A stretch of DNA of 64,000 nt from Amphiscolops sp. MND2022 (GCA_964187785.1 OZ076409.1:10728001-10792000); one strand, 5' to 3'; shown: positions 1-13,149, counted from the first letter of the stretch. The notes: generated by a model from the letters alone, not told the origin. Made by a program: numbers and translations.

Positions 1-720
1 GATCTGCAAGGATCTTTACAGATGTTCAAGGATTTTCTGTACAGATTTTTCTCGAAATTTTTTTCCGGAGATTCTGGGAAACAATATACATGTATTGCAT
101 TTTTGGGATTCTTCAACAAGTATTTTTGCAGACCAATTCTCAGTCAGTTGAAAGTCTTCATCGCCCAAAATTCTTGAGCAGGAAAGCTTGTCCCCATCAC
201 AGTAATTTTGATGTGGGGAATGTTTGGTATTGGTTTTGCACGCCAATTTATCCATTTCACTTGAACTTTCCAGAAGCGGTTGTTCAACTTTGAGAGGCCT
301 GTTTGCCATATTGACTTCGATTTGGCGGATGTAATTAGACATGTGACTACCGTCTGGGTTGATCGAGGTGTTGATAAAGTGACGTGGTTGTAATATTGCG
401 GGAACATGGTTTGCTGGAGTAGTTTTAGTAATTGCTCGACACTTGGAATACGTTATAGTAATTTATTGGTCATTTTCGTATGGTTAATTTTTGACAAATC
501 CTGGAATATCTGTCAGGATCTGAACAGATCTGTACAGATTCGCACAGAAATTTTTTTCAAAACTTCAACTAGGAGGCGTGTTTATCTTGTAGTGCACTTT
601 TCATTCAATTAGTTTCAATTTCAAAACTGTTTTTTGACTTGTTTTTTTCCGACAAATCCTGGAATATCTGTCAGGATCTATACAGATCAGTACAGATTCA
701 CAGGGAGTGCTCAACATGGG
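1..720. mobile_element. Right part of a CCC-ended non-autonomous DNA element (duplicate of 4457-5274)
   Basis: Ends in ...GCTCAACATGGG, the same terminus as the full copy at 4457-5274. Confidence 0.75.
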
Positions 721-939
721 GTTTTCAATAGATAGAAAAGACTTCAAGTCTTACAGCCAAGTCTTACAGAAAGTTCCGTGTTACAGCCATCAGTTCTGAA
801 AAGCTTCAAACTGTGGTTTCAGTTTCTCTCGAAGTTTTGAACAAGCGGCTGTTCACGTCTTAGGTTTCTGCTAACTCAACCTTCCATGATATGAGACTTG
901 ATGCTAAACTTTCCCTGTGTTGCATTCGCAATAAGATTA

Positions 940-1012
940 ACATAAAATAGCACGGTCGGTAGAGTACGGGATGCCGAAACCTAAGGTTACCGGTTCTATT
1001 TCCGGTAACAGT
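940..1012 (+). pseudogene. Degenerate tRNA-like sequence or SINE head (duplicated at about 5494-5566)
   Basis: A-box-like TAGCACGGTCGGTAGAG and B-box-like GGTTCTATTTCC at tRNA spacing; no convincing acceptor stem. Confidence 0.4.
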
Positions 1013-1083
1013 CAATATTTGTATATGGAATATTCTGTTATTTCAAATATTATGTTTTTCTAATGGACTAAAATACTTTCGAA

Positions 1084-1407
1084 GGGGGCACGACAATTCG
1101 TGCACACGGCATTTCGTACACACGAAATCTCGTACAAAAACCAAAACCAGACATTTCGTACAAAAGCGAAACCAGACATTTCGTACAAAAACGAAACCGG
1201 ACATTTCGTACAAAAATGAAACCCGACATTTCGTGCAATTTATATTATACAACTTATTATAACGCAGTCAGCTATGTTCACATACCCTTAGTGCCCTAAA
1301 TGCAGGAGCGAAGCGAAGCGGAGCGACGTGCTATACAACATATATGCTAACCTCTTTAATTGAATCAAGTTCCATACATATTGGCTGTAACAGCACTGAA
1401 AGCTAGT
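1084..1407. mobile_element. Truncated left half of a Mutator-like MITE
   Basis: Same left TIR and CATTTCGTACAAAA repeats as 5638-6103; cut at the duplication junction. Confidence 0.8.
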
Positions 1408-2084
1408 CCTAGCTTCCTAATTTTTTTTGCCACAGAAAGTCAAAAACACGAACACTTTCCGCAATCAAAGTTGGAGCAACAACTCATGTAAACTCCCCTG
1501 TCGATTGTCAACAAGTTCGTGACAGTTTGAATCTCAAGAAGTCTTTTTTGTTTCCAGCCAAGACCGAAGCAATTTTATCAAACAAAATACTTTCTCAAAA
1601 ACATATGTTTCTTTTCTATTTATCAAGATGATCTTGATTTGACAACTTGTTCGATTAGTAAGGTTGAAAGCACCTGGTTATTATAAAACAAAATACAACC
1701 CTAACTTCTTTATCACAGGTTGAACATCTTGGCCTGACAAGTCCACTCCTCAGTCGACAATGCATCGTTCGTTCAATGAAGCCCTATTTCACGCAACATG
1801 GAGCTCCGAAATATATATGTTTCAAAATGGTTAGCCTAGGCATTGATCAGCATTTTGAAATCAGGTTGCGTTTAACTGGAATAGAGCTTGAAAGTTTGAA
1901 CAGGTTGAATAGGTGAGTTAGTCTAACAAAGCCACCTAACAACATCAATGACTTTGTGACTCCATCAACTAACGCTGAACCATCAATTTAGAATGTTTGA
2001 GTTGCTCTAATTGAAGTTTTCTGTCTCAAGTTTTTTGGTCCTTGAACTTTGACTATATTGTTCATTTCTCCATACAAGGCTAAA

Positions 2085-2675
2085 CAAGCCGGAAACGTCA
2101 TAAATTGGCGGATTATCTAAAGCTCAAAAATAGCAAAAGAACTTCCGAGTGTCAAGGATTCTCTTTTGAAGTACCCGAAAAACCCAAAAGTTGGACCGAA
2201 TTGGCGCGCTAAAAGCGGGGACCCTTTGGGATTTTTCAACATCCATTCTGTTGCAAAACATCAAAAAATGATATTACATGGAGACCTGATATTACATGGG
2301 ACCTTTTGGGGACCTTAAAATTTTTTCGAAAAAAGTCTCACAATTCCGAAAAAACTGAAAGGTGACCTTTTGTGATTTTTCAAAATCCGTTCTGTCGCAA
2401 AACATCAGAAAAATTGAAGGGGGCGCTTTGGAGAAAACAAATGTCAAAAAAGTCTCAAAAGGCAAAAAAACTGAAAGGGGGATCCTTTAGTCTCTTTCGG
2501 TATGGTATGTTACGCTGAAAAAAAGGAACAACCTTTTTGGCTCAGTTCCCTAGGCCAAATGGTTCAATTTGACACTTTGAAGCTTAGTAGAACTTTGTAG
2601 AACTTTTTTGATCAGTTCGTGTGGAAAAAAAGAGTCACTAGTTCATTCGTGTTCCACTTTATGACGCGCCGACTA
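2085..2675 (-). mobile_element. DINE-1/Helentron-like non-autonomous repeat
   Basis: Shares termini (CAAGCCGG... and ...GCGCCGACTA) and internal GGGGACCCTTT repeats with the copies at 8459 and 11840. Confidence 0.6.
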
Positions 2676-3979
2676 AAAAGAGGTTTTTTGTCGAACCGAC
2701 GAACCATCAAGACGAAGCAGTCTGTTTCCAAGAATTTGTTTCATATTTTAAACCATTGCAAATGAAAGAATTGTACCCACAAGTTCCAACATTGATTGAG
2801 AACCTCAGATGATTTCATCATTTTTTAGGCAACGTTAAGTTACCAATTGGTTTACAAAGGCTGTATGCACTTCAAGTGTGAAACTGTCTATGATAGGATA
2901 ACGTTGCTCTTGTTGAGTCGCTTGAAATACCTGCAAACTTTTTATACTGGAAATTCCGAAATGTTACGCTCTTGCATGATACATTCCTCTTTGACCTTTT
3001 CATCGAACTTTTTTGTTCGGAAATAATTTCCCCTGAGTCTAGTTACTTTTGCAAGCCCAAAAATTGACACCGTGATCGTATTTTTCACATTTTCTTCAAA
3101 AGGTTTCTTTTACACTGGCTTCAACTTTTTTTCTGTGAGACCATTTGACAGGGGTTACTTTCTCATTTTCCTGATGAGCTTTAAAATTTAATTTGCATTT
3201 GAGCTCAATTTGCACACCATCGATGGCATCACAACTTTTTCCGATTGGCATCGATGGACCATCGATGGTCATCGATGGGATTTCAATTATAGCGCAACGC
3301 GTTGTGGCCCCTTGGGAGCCTTTTAAAGCGCTTTTTATCGCGCCTGAAAATCACTCATTTCGATTTTTTTGCCAAAACTGGTTCTTTTTAATTGGTTGTT
3401 GCTCAACTAGTAGCAGTGTGACGTCCGAAAAGTTTCCGCTACATAATGCAGTTTCGCCAGAAACAATTTGACAATTTTGAGATCTGTCAAATTTAGGGCG
3501 TAATTGTATCGAAAACGGAAAATCTTCAGATACAACGATGCCCGATCAGTAGATTTGAGTCTAAACGACGTGAAAAATTGCAGTTTTGGTTGAATCTATA
3601 GAATCCGCCGAAATTTTGAACATGGACGTTTCGAACGAATTTTTGTGATTAAAAAAACTCAAGTTCCATCGATGGAATCATCTTTCACAAAAACCAATGG
3701 ACTGCGATGGCCATCGATGAAATGCGATGGGATCCCAGTACGGGCAGCTTCTTGCTACTTGTCTTTTTTGTGCTCAACAGCTTCTTAACAAATCATAGCT
3801 TCACTGAATGCTTCTGGTTTCTTGGAATTTTGAGTTTTGAGACTGCAACTTTTACCAAAACACGCATGTGATTTACTGGATTTTTTTCTCGTTTCATTCT
3901 TTTTGCTTATTTTCATCTGACAAGTTTTTAGTTTCACTTCATTATTGTATCGTTAAAAGTTTGTACACACTGTTCAGTA

Positions 3980-4290
3980 GTTATAGCGACATTTGTTATC
4001 AAGCGACATTTGTTATCAAACGACATTTGTTATCATTTTTGAAAAAGCGACTTTTGTTATCTTTTTTGAAAAAGCGACTTTTGTTATCAAATCTAAAAAG
4101 GGTACATTTGTTATCAAAACATGTATAGTGTTTTATATACTCAAACATTATAACGATAATCGTTACTGATAACAAGCATAGATTTAATAACAAATGTCAC
4201 TTTTTCAATTTGATAAATGTCACTTTCCAGCAAATATTAACAAAAGTCGCTTGATAACTCTTGTCGCTTGATAACAAATGTCGCCTCACG
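3980..4290. mobile_element. Mutator-like MITE
   Basis: Inverted arrays of GCGACATTTGTTATC / GATAACAAATGTCGC; perfect 9-bp TSD TGTTCAGTA at 3971-3979 and 4291-4299. Confidence 0.8.
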
Positions 4291-4456
4291 TGTTCAGTAT
4301 ACTTGCAGTAAATATTTGTACGATAGGTACCTCATCTTACACCCCGTTCATTTTGAGAATTTGTTTGCTAGCAAAAGGGATTTGTGCGAAATAGAAAGTT
4401 TTCGTTCACTTCATCGGCTCATTTTTTTCCACATGTCGTTATAACTAGATTCTTGA

Positions 4457-5274
4457 CCCATGTTGAGCTTTCCTTGACAATCTGCACAGATCTGTGAGAC
4501 TTTTTTCCTTGAGGATCTGTAAAGATCGTGCCACTGCTACGTAAGGACAACTGCAGATCTGCAAGGATCTTTACAGATGTTCAAGGATTTTCTGTACAGA
4601 TTTTTCTCGAAATTTTTTTCCGGAGCTTCTGGGAAACAATATACATGTATTGCATTTTTGGGATTCTTCAACAAGTATTTTTGCAGACCAATTCTCAGTC
4701 AGTTGAAAGTCTCCATCGCCCAAAATTCTTGAGCAGGAAAGCTTGTCCCCATCACAGTAATTTTGATGTGGGGAATTTTTGGTATTGGTTTTGCACGCCA
4801 ATTTATCCATTTCACTTGAACTTTCCAGAAGCGGTTGTTCAACTTTGAGAGGCTCGTTTGCCATATTGACTTCGATTTGGCGGATGTAATTAGACATGTG
4901 ACTACCGTCTGGGTTGATCGAGGTGTTGATAAAGTGACGTGGTTGTAATATTGCGGGAACATGGTTTGCTGGAGTAGTTTTAGTAATTGCTCGACACTTG
5001 GAATACGTTATAGTAATTTATTGGTCATTTTCGTATGGTTAATTTTTGACAAATCCTGGAATATCTGTCAGGATCTGAACAGATCTGTACAGATTCGCGC
5101 AGAAATTTTTTTCAAAACTTCAAATAGGAGGCGTGTTTATCTTGTAGTGCACTTTTCATTCAATTAGTTTCAATTTCAAAACTGTTTTTTGACTTGTTTT
5201 TTTCGACAAATCCTGGAATATCTGTCAGGATCTATACAGATCAGTACAGATTCACAGGGAGTGCTCAACATGGG
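4457..5274. mobile_element. CCC-ended CMC/EnSpm-like non-autonomous element with internal filler
   Basis: TIR CCCATGTTGAGC...GCTCAACATGGG with subterminal CAGATCTG/AGGATCT repeats; the 2-bp flanks (GA/GT) are not a perfect TSD. Confidence 0.7.
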
Positions 5275-5936
5275 GTTTTCAATAGATAGAAAAGACTTCA
5301 GGTCTTACAGCCAAGTCTTACAGAAAGTTCCGTGTTACAGCCATCAGTTCTGAAAAGCTTCAAACTGTGGTTTCAGTTTCTCTCAAAGTTTTGAACAAGC
5401 GGCTGTTCACGTCTTAGGTTTCTGCTAACTCAACCTTCCATGATATGAGACTTGATGCTAAACTTTCCCTGTGTTGCATTCGCAATAAGATTAACATAAA
5501 ATAGCACGGTCGGTAGAGTACGGGATGCCGAAACCTAAGGTTACCGGTTCTATTCCCGGTAACAGTCAATATTTGTATATGGAATATTCTGTTATTTCAA
5601 ATATTATGTTTTTCTAATGGACTAAAATACTTTCGAAGGGGGCACGACAATTCGTGCACACGGCATTTCGTACACACGAAATCTCGTACAAAAACCAAAA
5701 CCAGACATTTCGTACAAAAGCGAAACCAGACATTTCGTACAAAAATGAAACCCGACATTTCGTGCAATTTATATTATACAACTTATTATAACGCAGTCAG
5801 CTATGTTCACATACCCTTAGTGCCCTAAATGCAGGAGCGAAGCGAAGCGGAGCGACGTGCTATACAACATATATGCTAACCTCTTTAATTGAATCAAGTT
5901 CCATACATATTGGCTGTAACAGCACTGAAAGCTAGT
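4556..5936 (+). repeat. Copy B of the local direct duplication
   Basis: Near-identical to 1-1407; the ORF track shows paired ORFs at offset 4555. Confidence 0.95.
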
Positions 5937-6103
5937 AATTCTGTTGTTTGAGACCTATTTTGCAAATCTGTTCAATTCAATTTTGTACGAAATGTCTTTT
6001 GTACGAAATATCCGGTTTCATTTTTGTACCAATTGTCCATGTACGAAATGTCGGGTTTTTGGCTATTGTACGAAATGTCGTTTGTACGAATTGTCGTGGT
6101 GCC
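5638..6103. mobile_element. Mutator-like MITE (complete)
   Basis: TIR core CACGACAATTCGT...ACGAATTGTCGTG with inverted CATTTCGTACA arrays; perfect 9-bp TSD ACTTTCGAA at 5629-5637 and 6104-6112. Confidence 0.85.
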
Positions 6104-7149
6104 ACTTTCGAAATATCTTTCCTATCTCGAATCCCGAACCTTTGTTTAATCATTTGTGAACAATTTATGTTCAATTGCCAGTTAAACAATATTGAGGCAT
6201 TGTTTTGATGCGGCATTGCTTCCGATTTGCGAAGTTGAGTGCACCGATATTATCGATAGCAAAAATTATTATTCCCAAAGAAATATGACCGATTTCTGTA
6301 CTGTTTTACTTTATTATCAGACTCGCTTGTTTTAAAACGATTTATAGTTACCCCAAAGTCTTCAATTATTTCACCGTGCTTGCCTCATCCATATATTCTG
6401 GTTTCTTCTATGACGCAATTCTCAAAAGGGACTCCAACTTCGCGATTATACCACGCATACTCATCTCCATAATACCAGTTCGGCCTGAGTTGACTTACGA
6501 TGTCACAGCAGTGAATGTCACCAGAAAATTCACGTTGAATTGACCAGATAACCTAGATTTGTGCTTTACTTTGTTTGATGACATCATCACATGAAACTAA
6601 TTCTTCGTAGTTTGTGAGCCTAGTTTGGTTCATAATTCCAAGAAGCTATCAGCTCAAGTTGAACAACAGCTCTCTAAAAGCAATGAGATTTTAGCCATTG
6701 CTGTTTTAAGTCATTGACTCTTTTCTCTTTCATAACAGGAAGTTAACTTCTATTAGAGTAGTTTTCCGCTTGAACAAAACATTGTTCACACATTTTGACT
6801 ATAATTATGTTCGTATCAAGTGTTTATTGATGACTCAAAACAGGAAGCAGTTGCTTTTTTCATCAAAAAAGCGTGACTGTATACGGAAAAAGAGTGAACA
6901 AAGTTTGTATTTGAATCCTAAACGATCACCCTGAGAATAAAGTTAAAACTGAAGCTTTCTGGTTTGTATTCAAGTCTATTTGCAACAAGATTTTCACTAA
7001 ATTCCAAAAAAATTTGGCGGTGGGGGGAAAACAGCCAAGTCATTGACTACCAATAAAATGATTGATCTCTGGCGCTGTCGAACGACACCCCCACTGTTCA
7101 AGAAGAAGACAAGAAAACAGTTAATATTCCCAATTCCGCGGGGTGGACG

Positions 7150-7489
7150 CCGAATAAGCAGTTCTGCTTTTCTATGTCGGTGCCCTTCCGAATACTATCT
7201 CCCCATAGCAAGCTATGGTACCACATTTGCAGCCAAGTGGTCAAGCAATGGTGGGCTTGAAGCTGTGGTTCAAAGTGACTTGCTCAAGGTCACAAATGTC
7301 TGACTGCTCACCGTTGCTATCTTTATCTATGCTTTTCTCTGCCAAATGCGTTATTTTTGTCACTGATTATACCACTAAGCTAGGGATGAAGGACTTGCTT
7401 AAGGTCCAACAACTGTGAGTTGAGAGAGATTCGAACCTGATACCGCCCCAGCACAGGATGAATGCTCTAACCACTACGCTATGCTCCCC
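7150..7489 (-). mobile_element. tRNA-derived SINE
   Basis: Minus-strand head GGGAGCATAGCGTAGTGGTTAGAGCA...GGTTCGAATC contains A and B boxes; second copy at 24654-24890. Confidence 0.75.
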
Positions 7490-8458
7490 TTTCAATTCGT
7501 ACTGAGAGAATTTTTACTCTATTGAAATACTTATGACGTGTCACGTTCTGATTCAGCATCAAGCGATTCTTTTGTCTCATCTCACTGACCACAGACAAAG
7601 ATTTGATGCGTCGAAATTTTTCTATGAGATGCTCTAACGGTCGATACTGACCTGTCCTACTATCTTGAGGCTTGTTTAATTGACAACGATTGCATGGCTA
7701 TCTATGTCATTAAGAGCAGCGTGTGCGTTATCAGTTGGGCCATTTCTCTCCTTTCATTCCATGATCATGGAAGAGGCATGTTGCCACGAATGGTCATACG
7801 TGATGCCATTTATTTTTGACATAGTGGTCCTCTTACAGACCTTTAAAATATAACTTTGTGAACTGAAAAGAATAGTTTTCTGCCGTCTAATAATAGGGAA
7901 GATATGTCAATACGTACTCAACTTTGTCTTATATAATTCAACGATATAAATCTGATTCAAAATTCGTTTCGAAAACTTTCTTCACAATTCTCTAGATCTT
8001 ATTGTTCGCTGTTTTCCCACATTTTCGTAGGAAACAATCTTGTGAAAAAATTTAGTTCCATTCGAATCCTCCTGATGCCTCGCTTTTGGGGAAGATAATT
8101 AGTTTTTATTGGTGACTTCTGGCCGTTTTTTCAGTCTTTTTCTACGTTTGGAGTGTTCTCTTTCTGTTTTGCTCGTGCACTGTCTTCTGAACTGATTTTG
8201 AGGTACATGCCAGGTCGGCCATGTCACAATTCAACTTTTTCGAAAACTTTTCAACAGGTGACTTGTCACAAGGCTTCTGGACGTTACAATTCTAATGGAA
8301 TGATTCTCCTGATCGTGGATGAAAAGGCGAGAACAAGGTATGATGGTCAAGGTGAGCCTTAGCAACTCCGAACGGGGACTCTCTCCGATGCAGTAGCCTT
8401 TGCCGTAGCTTTTCGAAGCAATGTTGAACATGTGCTTTTCGACGTTTGGAGGAAGGAA

Positions 8459-8969
8459 CAAGCCGGGCACTGCCCAAGTCGGCGCCAAATCTAAGGCTCA
8501 GAAATAGCAAAAGGACTTCAACATGTCAACTATTCTCTTCTACAGTACCCAAATGAGGAAAAAAATTTTGGAAATTTTTTTGGAAACTTTTTGAAGTCTC
8601 TGGTAAGTCGCATAGTGCCGAAAAATGTAAAACAGGGGGCCCTCAGAAATTTTTTGAACATCCATTCTGTGGCAAAAAATTGGAGGGGACCCTTTGGAGT
8701 CATTCAAAAAGTTTGCGAAAAAAAGTCTCACAAAGCCGAAATAACATGCACAAAAAAATTTTGGTCAAGGGCGAGACTCGAACCCACGTCCTTCTGCTTG
8801 GCAGACCTCGAAAAATCCTAACTAACCTCTATGCCAAGTGCCAGTAGAAGTAGCAGTTTAGTGTGGCAGTTAATGGAAGCCAGCTTATAAAGCTTATAAA
8901 ATCTGTCACTTTGTTGGTCCTAAAAAAAGGCAGTGCCATGGCCTGCGTTTTCTACGAAAAGCGCCGACT
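8459..8969 (-). mobile_element. DINE-1/Helentron-like repeat
   Basis: Sub-terminal inverted repeats AGTCGGCGC / GCGCCGACT and a short stem-loop near one end. Confidence 0.65.
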
Positions 8970-10124
8970 CAAAATGTTACATCTTTCAAGAACATCATAA
9001 AAGTGTTCGCTTTTGACGCAATGTTACGACTTCCCGTTGTTGTTATTTTCCACCAGGAGATAAATTTTCGATTAGGTGTCTATTGTAAGCGAATTAAAAG
9101 CGGAATTTTTCACGGTGCATAGCAGGCGTCTTGTTAGTAATTGAAACTTAAGTGAGGTGTCAATTTAAACATGCAGGTCCCATCTTGTGCTTTCTCAACT
9201 TCTAAAAATAGCTTGTGAGCTCAGAGCAATCAAAAAGCTCTTTTCACTGATGTAGTTTTTTCCCGTCCATATTTTAGATGGAAAATACTTTATCAAACGG
9301 ATTATCTTTTTCAAAAGTTCCCATGTTCCAAATTCATATCCAAATTAAAGCGTTTTACCCATGGAACTCAACTGACGTAAAATTAGTATCATGCAGTATG
9401 TTTTCGTAGAGGTTATTGGGTGACCACAAAAAAACAGAATAACTAAAAATGACAAAAACTGCAATATGTTCCAGTTTTAATCGTTTTTATGAACTTTTGT
9501 CAAATTGTCATTAAATTTCGTGACATAGAATCTTGAAAACGTTCAAAAAAGGAGAAAATGGTTGTCCAAGAGGCTTTTTCGGATAAACCGATGCAATTTT
9601 CCTGAAAAAATGCCTCAAATTCAGACCGAAATTGACAAAAATTCACATTTCAAAACTTTTTATGCGATGTTTGTCTAATTTTCAAAAACTTGGTGGCTCA
9701 GAAAATTAAAAACAGTCAACAAGGACAGAAATCATAGTCCAGGAGTCATTTGTGAAGAAAAAAGCCTTTTGTTTTAAAGAAAAAGGCTCAAATTGCGACC
9801 AAAATTGACAGAATTCCAATTTTTTTGATTTTTTCTACGTTTATATGCAACGGCTTGTCAAATGTTCGAAAAACTTCGTGAATCACAACGTTGAAAACAT
9901 TCAGCAACAATTGAACTCGTTTTCCAATAAGATTGATTGGCGAGATAAATGCAGTTTCGTAAGAAAAAATTGCTACAATGGCCCCAAAAAAGTCAAAAAG
10001 TCTCAAGTTGTTTTAAAGGTGTTTATGTACCTTTTCACGCTCTTTGAGTCCAAGTTTTGAAAATTTGTGCGATAGAAGTCTCCAAACAATCACAGGCAAA
10101 AAATGGGTACGTAGTATCCTTTTT

Positions 10125-10569
10125 AGTCGACGTTTGCGAAGAAAAACCCGACTCCTGCAGACTCTTACTTTTTTCGTCAGTTCAATGCGATTGGTTCACT
10201 TTTTGTGAATTATGCATTTTTACCATATGTACTTAGTACTTCATTTTCAACGCATCCAAAGCCTCTAACATGAGATAAAAAGCCATTCCAAAGCAGAAGG
10301 GTCCCCTTTTTTACTTTTTTCGACACTTTGAGACTTTCCCCTTTTTTCCGGCACTGTGAGAATTTTTCCGGCACTGTGGTCCCTTTTACAATTTTCGACA
10401 TTATGCGGCTCATCAGACACTTCACAAAAAGTTTGAAAAAAAAATCGGAAAAACATTTTCCTCACATTTTAGTTTTCGAGAGCTTTTCTTGTCTCCAGTT
10501 GTAGAAAAAGTGGTTTTCGAGTCATATTGAGCTTTAAATATGGCGCCGATTCGGGCCGTTTCCGGCTTG
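10125..10569 (+). mobile_element. DINE-1/Helentron-like repeat (opposite orientation)
   Basis: Begins TTTTAGTCGAC and ends GGCGCCGATTCGGGCCGTTTCCGGCTTG-TTT. Confidence 0.6.
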
Positions 10570-11839
10570 TTTGATTAGAAGTTACAATGTTTTACATCCG
10601 AATCACCTCAAAACGACATCAGTGGGTCGCAAAGAGTCACAGAATTTTTTAAAACATTTTGTGCAAAGTATGTGAAAATATTGAAAAGTTTGGAGTGTAT
10701 TATTTAAACAATGGTTAAATAACAACGATTGTAGTTCGTTTTCAGTTTGCTTTTGCTGATTTATTTGATAGAAAATGTCTCAATATTACCCAAAAAAAAC
10801 TCTAAAAGAATGAGATTTTTATATGTTTGACAATTTTGGTGATTGTAAGTGAACGTTTTTGTGAGTTACCTGGCCCAAAATTTCCGGACGACTTTAGAAC
10901 ATTGAGCACGCCTTCTGAAGGAAAATTTTGTAGAACACTTTCTCAGACAGACCCAGAGGAGTCCAAAATCGAAAACTTTTCCGGCAACGAGATTTTTGGA
11001 AACTTTGTAAAATTCGTTAGAAGAATGAAAACATTCAACAGCAACCAAACAACGCAAAAAGAGTAGTATTTTTGAAAATCTGAAGTTTTTTGTCCGAAAA
11101 AACTCCAAAAGACCCTGAAATAACCAAATAGTTCAAAGTTGTTACAGTTTTCAAGATTTTATTGCGTCATTCAAAAATTTTGAGAGATTTTGTAAATTAG
11201 AACTTAGGAACGTTTATCAACTTTCGAATATAAACTCCAATCGGCTTTTTGAGAGAGATAACTGCAAGTTATCACTAGAAATTTCGCTCAATTTCACCCT
11301 AAACCTTCGAAAATCCAAATCGTTCCAGTCTGTCGTTTTCCCAGCAATTTGTGTGAAAATTTCAGAAATGTTTCTGGTTAAAAGGTTCAAAACACTCAAA
11401 AACGAACAACAAGTTGTGCAGTTGCAGTTTGTTGCTTCATAAACACTTCCAAATCGACCCTTATGAGTCGGAAACGAAAAAATACAAATTCAAAGTTTCT
11501 TTTGCAAGCTTTCTGAATTTTTTGTTTCTATTATTGGAAGGATTAAAACGTTACGAAGCCATTACAAAGGCTCAAAAATAACAAAAGGACTTCAACGTAT
11601 CAAAGTATGGGTGAATTGGGGACCTTCTGATGAAAGATTTTTTCGGAAAAAATGTCCCAGAATGACGTAAAAAAAACGGAAAAGAGGGACCCTTTAGTCT
11701 CGCCCGGTATTGTATGTTACGTGGAAAAAATAAACATTTTGGTTCAGTTCCCTGGGCCAACAGGTACCATTTGGCGACGCCTCAAAATGTTTCAGAAGTG
11801 TTGGTAGAACTATTTGGGTCACTTCAGATGCATCGAAAA

Positions 11840-13149
11840 CAAGCCGTGACCGGCCCAAGTCGGCGCCATATCCAAGGCTCAAAAATAGTAAAAAGACTTC
11901 CAAGTGTCAAGTATTCTTTTACAGTACTCGAAAATCGAAAATTTTTCGGAATTTTTTTTGAAAAAAATACATACTAAAAAATGGACCGAGTGGCGCGCCG
12001 GGGCCAGCTAGCGCAAGCCCCTGGCGCGCTAAAGTCTCACAATGCCGAAAAACTGAAAGGGGGGACCCTTTGAGGTTTTTCAACATTCAATCTGTCGCAA
12101 AACATGAAAAAATTGAAGAAATTGTTTTTTATTTTCGGGAAAAATCTCAATGCCGAAAAAAACTGGAAGGAGGAACCCTTTGGGATTTTCCAACATCGAT
12201 TCTGTCGCAAAACATCAAAAAAATGCAGGGGGGACCCTTTGATGAGAAAAAATTCCGAAAAAAAATTCCGAATAAAAAAAATTCCGAAAAAAATGTCTCG
12301 CAGTGCCGAAACAAATTGAAAGGGGGGACTCTTTGGTCTCACCCGGAATGGTATGTCACGCGGAAAAACAGGTAAAACCGTTTTGGTCCAGTTCGCTAGG
12401 CCAAATGGTGCAATTTGACACCATAATATTTTGTAAAACTTTTAGGAACTATTTTGGTCAGTTCGTGTGGATAGAAAAACAAGACGAGAACGTCTAAAGT
12501 CGGCGCCATATCTGAGGCTCAAAAAGCGTAAAACACTTTTTTTGGAAAAAAATTGAAATTTTTGAAAAAAAAATTTTTTTCAAAAGAAGTCGCATAGTGC
12601 CGAAAAATGTAAAAGGGGGGACCCTTCTGGATTTATTAACAAACATTCCGTTGCAAAATATCAAAAAACTCAAAGGGGGGACCCTTTGGGGACATTAAAA
12701 AATTTTCGAAAAAAAGTCGCACAGTGCCGAAAAAAATCCAAAGGGGGGACCCTTGAGGCACGTCCGGTTTTGTAGGTTACGTTAAAAAAGTAAAAAATGA
12801 AAAAGGGGATCCTTTGGAGACAAAAAATTTTCGGAAAAAAGTCGCACAGTGCCGAAAAAAATCCAAAGGGGGGACCCTTTGGGCACGTCCGGTTTTGTAT
12901 GTTTCCTTGAAAAAGTAAAAAATGAAAGGGGGGACCCTTTGGAGTAAAGTTTGCCTTGGGCGGACTTGGCCTCAGGTGCTCTGCTCAGGATTGTAAAAAG
13001 TGGACCGATCAGTGTGAGGATTGTAGTCTGAAGAAAAAAAGAAAAAGAAAGGTCACTGCTATAGTCGGGCATTTTTCCTTAAAAGGAAAACGCGCCGACT
13101 AAAGAGAGTCACTATAATAGTCGCGTTTCACTTCATGAAGCGCCGACTA
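11840..13149 (-). mobile_element. DINE-1/Helentron-like repeat with a nested copy of the same family
   Basis: Outer termini CAAGCCGTGACCGGCCCAAGTCGGCGCC and TAGTCGCG...GCGCCGACTA; inner copy at 12480-13101 inserted in an A run. Confidence 0.7.
12480..13101 (-). mobile_element. Nested DINE-1/Helentron-like copy
   Basis: CAAGACGAGAACGTCTAAAGTCGGCGCC...GCGCCGACTA interrupts GGATAGAAAAA|AAGAGAGTCACTA, which is contiguous in the 2085-2675 copy. Confidence 0.7.

Larger units (their letters stand above)
1..1407 (+). repeat. Copy A of a local direct duplication (starts before the window)
   Basis: Near-identical to 4556-5936 (offset 4555 at the start, 4529 at the end; copy A has one extra internal repeat unit). 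Identity ends after ...GAAAGCTAGT. Confidence 0.95.

Noticed and set aside
8768..8800. tRNA gene suggested by GCGAGACTCGAACCC
   Set aside because: Only a B-box-like motif inside a dispersed repeat; no cloverleaf.
11572..13072. Many K/F-rich short ORFs
   Set aside because: Chance frames in A/T-run-rich repeats, with no recognisable domain.
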